Translations under genes and position numbers: made by a program
In this document: in pieces, positions 62,601-64,000 of the stretch
Position numbering within the stretch: the first letter of the stretch is position 1
Layout: every line of letters starts with the position of its first letter
The notes under the pieces: generated by a model
The model's input: only the letters and a program-made list of their open reading frames with translations
Told to the model about the DNA's origin: nothing
Databases searched by the model: none
Source of the DNA: Candidatus Omnitrophota bacterium
Lineage (GTDB): Bacteria > Omnitrophota > Gorgyraeia > Zapsychrales > Fredricksoniimonadaceae
Direction of reading: 5' to 3'
Assembly (NCBI GenBank): GCA_963828495.1
Contig: CAWHFJ010000013.1
Location: forward strand, 135,952 to 199,951
DNA length: 64,000 nucleotides

Positions 62601-64000
62601 CGGCATCGCTTTACCCTCACCATTTATACCGTGATAGTTAAGCGCCATTAAATCAACCGCCATTTCGACGATCATCGCATCTCTCGTCACTAAATCTTCT
62701 ATCGGATGACCGTTAGGCAAAATAATATTCGGCCCCACAAATCCGCCGCCATTAACTTCGTTGCCTCCGATGCGTAATTCCGGGTTGTCATTCAGCATCC
62801 TGCGGATGCGGTGCACCACATACGGCGAGCCCACTGACGTGCTCACGAATTCTATCCCGTATTGCTTCAAATATGTCGGTACGTCTTCACTGCCCGTCAG
62901 CGGCTGAACAAAATGCGTTAAATTCAGGAACCGGGCGTAGAGCGCACCCAGCACATCCCCTCGCCAAAATCTGCCTTTTTCATCAACAACTAACGGCCGG
63001 TCAGAGTCTCCATCCGATGAACGTACGCCTAAAAATACATACTCCTTACCGTCAATCGTCAACATGACCTGCCCATCCGCGGTTTCCCGGGCGTTATATG
63101 CCTTGCGCATTTGCGCGACCGTATCCGCCAAAAACTTCAAATGATCGCGTGTCATGTCTTCCGTATCCAGAGCAATAAAATCTTTCCCTCGCGCGCCAAC
63201 CTGGATGACCTTGGCCCCCAACCCTTCATAAATCTGCACATGCCGTTTGGCACCAACCGACGAATGCACCCAATACGCCAACACGCAGCCTTCATAAGGC
63301 CTATCCGGGAATGCCTCTAAATATCTTCTCACAAAAGCTTCGCCCCCTTGGTTGTTCACATGATCTTCCCACCATCTTATATCAGGCTTAAGCCATTCTT
63401 TCAGATAACCATCGCGGGTAAAATAACTGTCTTCGGCACTCTCACGATAGAGACGTTCACGCTCTTCCTGCACACACGCAATAATTTCTTCACGATCAGC
63501 CATGGTTTCATTGTTCCACGTCTCCGGCTCGTTTAATACTTCACCATCTACATCATATAACTTCAATCCGTTCATCTTCCCTGCCGTGTGACTGCCGGTA
63601 ATCATAATGCCGGGAATCTTATTCTTTTTACACCAAAACGCTAATGCCGGTGTCGCCTCTGTCCCAATGTAATCAACCCCCAAACCTACAACCTGAAGAG
63701 CAAAAATCACCGCTGCCGCAAAATTCGGGCTGCTGTTACGATAATCGCGCGCTAAGGCCATGCGTTGGCCGGCCACAATCTTCCCTGATTCATCAACCTT
63801 AATTTGTCCTTTCCTTTTCAGCCAGAGTATAAAACCTAATGGGATCACACATGGTTCAAAATCGCGCATGTTGTCTGATAATCCACGGAACCCGCTTGTC
63901 CCCATATTCGTATGCACCGGCTCATAGCTCAAACTGGCGCGTAAACTACCCTCCGGATACGCAGCCTGGGCCGTTGAAGAACGCAGACTCGCCTGTTTGA
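53697..64000 (-). CDS. giant multidomain protein (more than 3433 aa in the window; N-terminus beyond the right edge): PGM-like, alpha-glucan phosphorylase-like, TM clusters, GNAT, C-terminal TM/low-complexity region
   Basis: Single uninterrupted frame. The track starts it at TTG 63932, but I translated the 22 upstream in-frame codons to 63998 (KQASLRSSTAQAAYPEGSLRAS) and found no stop, so the ORF is open at the window edge. Confidence 0.85.
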   Translation of the reverse strand, partial: KQASLRSSTAQAAYPEGSLRASLSYEPVHTNMGTSGFRGLSDNMRDFEPCVIPLGFILWLKRKGQIKVDESGKIVAGQRMALARDYRNSSPNFAAAVIFALQVVGLGVDYIGTEATPALAFWCKKNKIPGIMITGSHTAGKMNGLKLYDVDGEVLNEPETWNNETMADREEIIACVQEERERLYRESAEDSYFTRDGYLKEWLKPDIRWWEDHVNNQGGEAFVRRYLEAFPDRPYEGCVLAYWVHSSVGAKRHVQIYEGLGAKVIQVGARGKDFIALDTEDMTRDHLKFLADTVAQMRKAYNARETADGQVMLTIDGKEYVFLGVRSSDGDSDRPLVVDEKGRFWRGDVLGALYARFLNLTHFVQPLTGSEDVPTYLKQYGIEFVSTSVGSPYVVHRIRRMLNDNPELRIGGNEVNGGGFVGPNIILPNGHPIEDLVTRDAMIVEMAVDLMALNYHGINGEGKAMPIYGLFEGKLDRYCSSAGIIHEMPVPPGTKRTGLRLLDGYAPKGDLKIAGASFDDAAGQVTIAYRDSRAPAVFAYASQEGRRLVSLREKMQGFFSKERGFTGITRMHYGDRVDDGIMMWDSTSRFHVRPSGNAPETRIYVYAPTQARADEIMHMATHDPDGILRHLERSVWSPQEVLGWLAAATGKGVSGNYPASMPFSNEPDRTPTADEQAKIFKALGGQEALQGREVIFVIRPSQASPVRTEAGQNNQLYVYVNPNILRGPPEQLEIIFKGHELFHILGQSETEARQSTIRYLIEHNLLESHIAFLLNNDLGLVPDADWLTQLEGEKTQYLLRAKPDHNPNYVVRAIPGDSLPTAEQKSREIASVLQGKKIQDAGLIQVTAEMPIASRALKWLFKNGYIFEAWMLEEMIAAGHVRAGPFRGFLATTYYEDSVRYALLSNHPECARYLDEIQQAASLVYLSTTSDEPTAGYRDSNALWAENFLLDQFANPQLRAFVRNLKQAGLPVFCDLTLEAFLLELEGKFQLALGAGGLGFLAGETFGVHNALWKFSGMGVMPLYENHVNKTTGAWTHLDWPMADDEPSKGAKPVMVYDAKGNKQIWTLDVAYHNGNFKVEVYWINRNGNLVFLLRQPQIFNSLYPDKGYQIYQQGLLGRAFVELMKSLWIPPAIVRLNEPQLVYAATAMKNDIDFFNGRHGQSIFNDTKIAGTTHTPEPAAIQHDAKAWVTSIVGWELVRDWDGAREIIDREKGEVNTAKGLGEVATLVNGVAIEHARVTQEIIMPAYAGKTIGIQNGSDPKQWYSPPLAQRVAEVGVGCVTGKELYDFGQQMKGQLNEYLNRNYGCSFTDINRPLVGLVRRMVDYKEEGILFPIVRWIVGDKDVEYEVPWGKEKGLMANLLVGGVGQDDKGKAWVKEFRLQMGAEDLKGKFIFVDDTGIELMRLATSASDIWVSMPRATREASGTSDNRAALNGHLNIATATGGPLAYIIHGATGWLIDVFKGWDFGKLVRKINDKDYEVLEKFRIEGRKQLGAFLKEGISLYYNYTDKGDRTWIDDMQKAFIKAHQEVSIDVMIQKYGLMFESILDGSGKQGYEAKYQAWQTRASKVFELQGWTQGFSCNSLWQALDVKTRSELLDRLDLEKDTMVVPIAGQSRVRVIRAQAAHEILGPRAQKIFIGDWIGISGDSALPRTGKSPQEVEARYQKIAADKFRGFQRVKSQPWVESVFKWYRHKYPDLALQLDALKRQVEIRAGPDIEEVFLGANDKGGISYKGARILMATNIPPEENTTREQILVHEITAILTGDHNLACGRQADYANDRERLVEQQMSSQDGRLMEHAAPSLKSVLGMTALVVFMVMLTGCAGMAHNINLWQGSHRDVVGLIAAILICSPFYVWKILESRNNLALPVGITDLAQVKLCANAKEHEKYLKPAELKKDSSTWGWGAGKEFIEQFLSELLAWAKVFVKSKRKFIWPISLRFNAVMERNGFYDITRDKTGRLQPTSFLIFLQRYFPEPLESQTKEDLGKIIKNFQDFINNAIYSFIFREDIEVQGVTLSLSSMVAYLGKYKTLLDLVQWTMERVSWVALTICVGAIVLPIHSSYVERVLELLEVYIPKEFLAQWIANMPSRLTIFVLAGTLYGILGEIARRIKEAITNEKQEFRRRCLRDSVLSVKGAHVLPRIGKSHTDIYGSGCSGNVSLENVNDIEDLIARKTFKEVRVDQKRFAGIVDVPVKVFILNQSIPRAPPKGFIWDRLTRDEKGNLTLEIYYSSYYVYRRNKDLLLEDAYHGLIENRLLQRPRNKLTPAQAHKRAIQKTANKFPKSVARIAERFSPSPLWEGWRSLGHVIDSEIGLLQEATDRADIGGSQKAAGIATHTLYRKLPTLKEKINSRNDADLRRQINGIEQILGQGRPEDIIDGISRVEIARGRIYGILGLETIKGEPDLALLYGILGQALKFLAEGKSIENFCQQARSVLDESNRIFDFWTAYFKALVGVALTNPAQVDRFRVFEETLQNFTQQFPRSLSDRERAIYWARFYQAIFIQFRIDGTRWLGERVANSVFKAATRYRDVLVIYTLKDLMSWRPMRSKTKNNNMKDLLEDIQKKGRKHLVREDLPGIMTAIAEDFKVYGEQRELLKRCILSLEPRENSPGPAPAMLPVSRGLYNIFEIVSLGWVIEKWMAPLFETALLRWRIISVAAFVRWHAGNFEIKALAEATIKAKNFYSAFKLHQGYNSKNSLNTKDHIFSREVLIKRAQGNFDEFLSNERGKNRISQQVYERLASLRDAFQVQGYVDLMFVMMIVKVFTIPLNLILAGSLIGQVMFSRGDGWHWLIGAGLIWLLNAAFEGLIIFYFKRIYQWRLSETFGLLILVNVVGLIPWVGTVLAVPLFLELKSFWQKIWHKQPRSEAIGRVWELLGVRWQSSIGRVADRRKEILRALQAKVAAYRKKKGIRVINTLVADPEYFPLKNPIRDQIIRNALKGKETSYHMAFYSLNNLIKGYVVYGKALKKEGMYIYYLAVHPDAQKNGVATRLIEQVIEAALRQGINVISVTTVVKNPACALYDHLSEKIPGVTLRAKQEFTGKLGKSYDYIFDVKDRITAVAGESVLKQHPDIAFAMLPGKAREFILGVAQDITHNANPQEGIRGWVSEKWAFWVVLWREAFREQLQLYRGWQTSGRKGYTWETFVNNHPPEDQDEIRKLQPQLDFSSKQKPLFWSSVRNHYNNNYRWLKFGQSKLAMTVAQKSDNKWEERTAALIFEFLILAVMALYPLIIFKRFMNWACIFPRFLILSTVWINGLPGPASTGIPKISGGVPPLKVLRRVALSPAPRRAPRRVRMAKSAFGETSPIQRIGGQPLKEQQSTIVGGNGAGNGLPNAGPGAGTEVSLFANIKPLPVFEWPITRWWLHSIRVVYVTIIKPVITLVKRQFVLWIKTSMGVPLGGKGFWTGFNNLVPPIITLYTCNISYQTTTYAYIIIV
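54815..55235 (-). other. domain of the giant ORF: GNAT-family N-acetyltransferase-like
   Basis: YIYYLAVHPDAQKNGVATRLIEQVIEAALRQGINVISVTT matches the GNAT motif A layout (beta4, Q/R-x-x-G-x-A/G, helix). Domain boundaries are approximate. Confidence 0.6.
59345..61085 (-). other. domain of the giant ORF: alpha-glucan phosphorylase (GT35)-like
   Basis: GAGGLGFLAGE (compare GGLGVLAGD), GTTHTPEPAA (compare TTHTPVPAG), NGVAIEHARVT (compare NGVSKLH), IGIQNGSD, PLVGLVRRMVDYKE and PRATREASGTSDNRAALNG (compare PRRPLEASGTSGMKAALNG). Domain boundaries are approximate. Confidence 0.65.
62135..63911 (-). other. domain of the giant ORF: alpha-D-phosphohexomutase-like
   Basis: MGTSGFRG, ITGSHTAGKMNG (Ser codon 63591-63593; canonical SHNP reads SHTA here), SSDGDSDRP (62997-63014), GGNEVNGGG and VRPSGNAPETRIYVYA. 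It is paralogous to the domain in member C. Confidence 0.7.

Overview
A 64-kb bacterial chromosomal window, almost fully coding and mostly on the minus strand. I found no rRNA, CRISPR array, transposase, integrase or phage genes. Taxonomy cannot be fixed from this window.

(1) 1-19.3 kb is an envelope-glycan locus. It comprises a roughly 16-kb minus-strand operon plus a divergent plus-strand gene pair. Eight large polytopic membrane proteins dominate it: two YfhO-like proteins (one runs off the left edge and is missing from the ORF track), four tandem 700-750-aa paralogs, and two tandem PMT_2/ArnT-like paralogs. The locus also encodes an epimerase, an SDR, a hexapeptide acetyltransferase and two membrane-tethered winged-helix proteins.

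(2) 19.3-50 kb holds housekeeping genes: tRNA-Asp, tRNA-Val and tRNA-Arg, an APC permease, pyrK-pyrD-pyrF, glgX, pyrR-pyrB-pyrC with a recognisable PyrR attenuator, rsmI, glmS, an L27-like gene, a DsbA-like gene, a DD-carboxypeptidase, trmB, sixA, mutS and mutL.

(3) The most unusual content is scattered among these genes. Three large exported proteins (26216-30592, 33843-37937, 50022-53156) share an N-terminal module of about 350 aa and a C-terminal 'GGI-x-L' module of about 60 aa, around unrelated cargo: coiled-coil repeats, HEAT-like repeats, or a phosphohexomutase-like enzyme. I cannot assign either module to a named family.

Next to the third gene lie a PilZ gene and a single ORF of more than 10.3 kb (53697 to the right edge, still open). 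That ORF fuses a second phosphohexomutase-like domain, an alpha-glucan phosphorylase-like domain whose PLP lysine is replaced by arginine, many TM helices and a GNAT domain.

(4) About 22 frameshift or stop lesions interrupt otherwise well-conserved genes between 17.6 and 44.1 kb. I detect none in the remaining ~37 kb. This could be a local assembly-quality problem or very recent gene decay, and it needs read-level checking.
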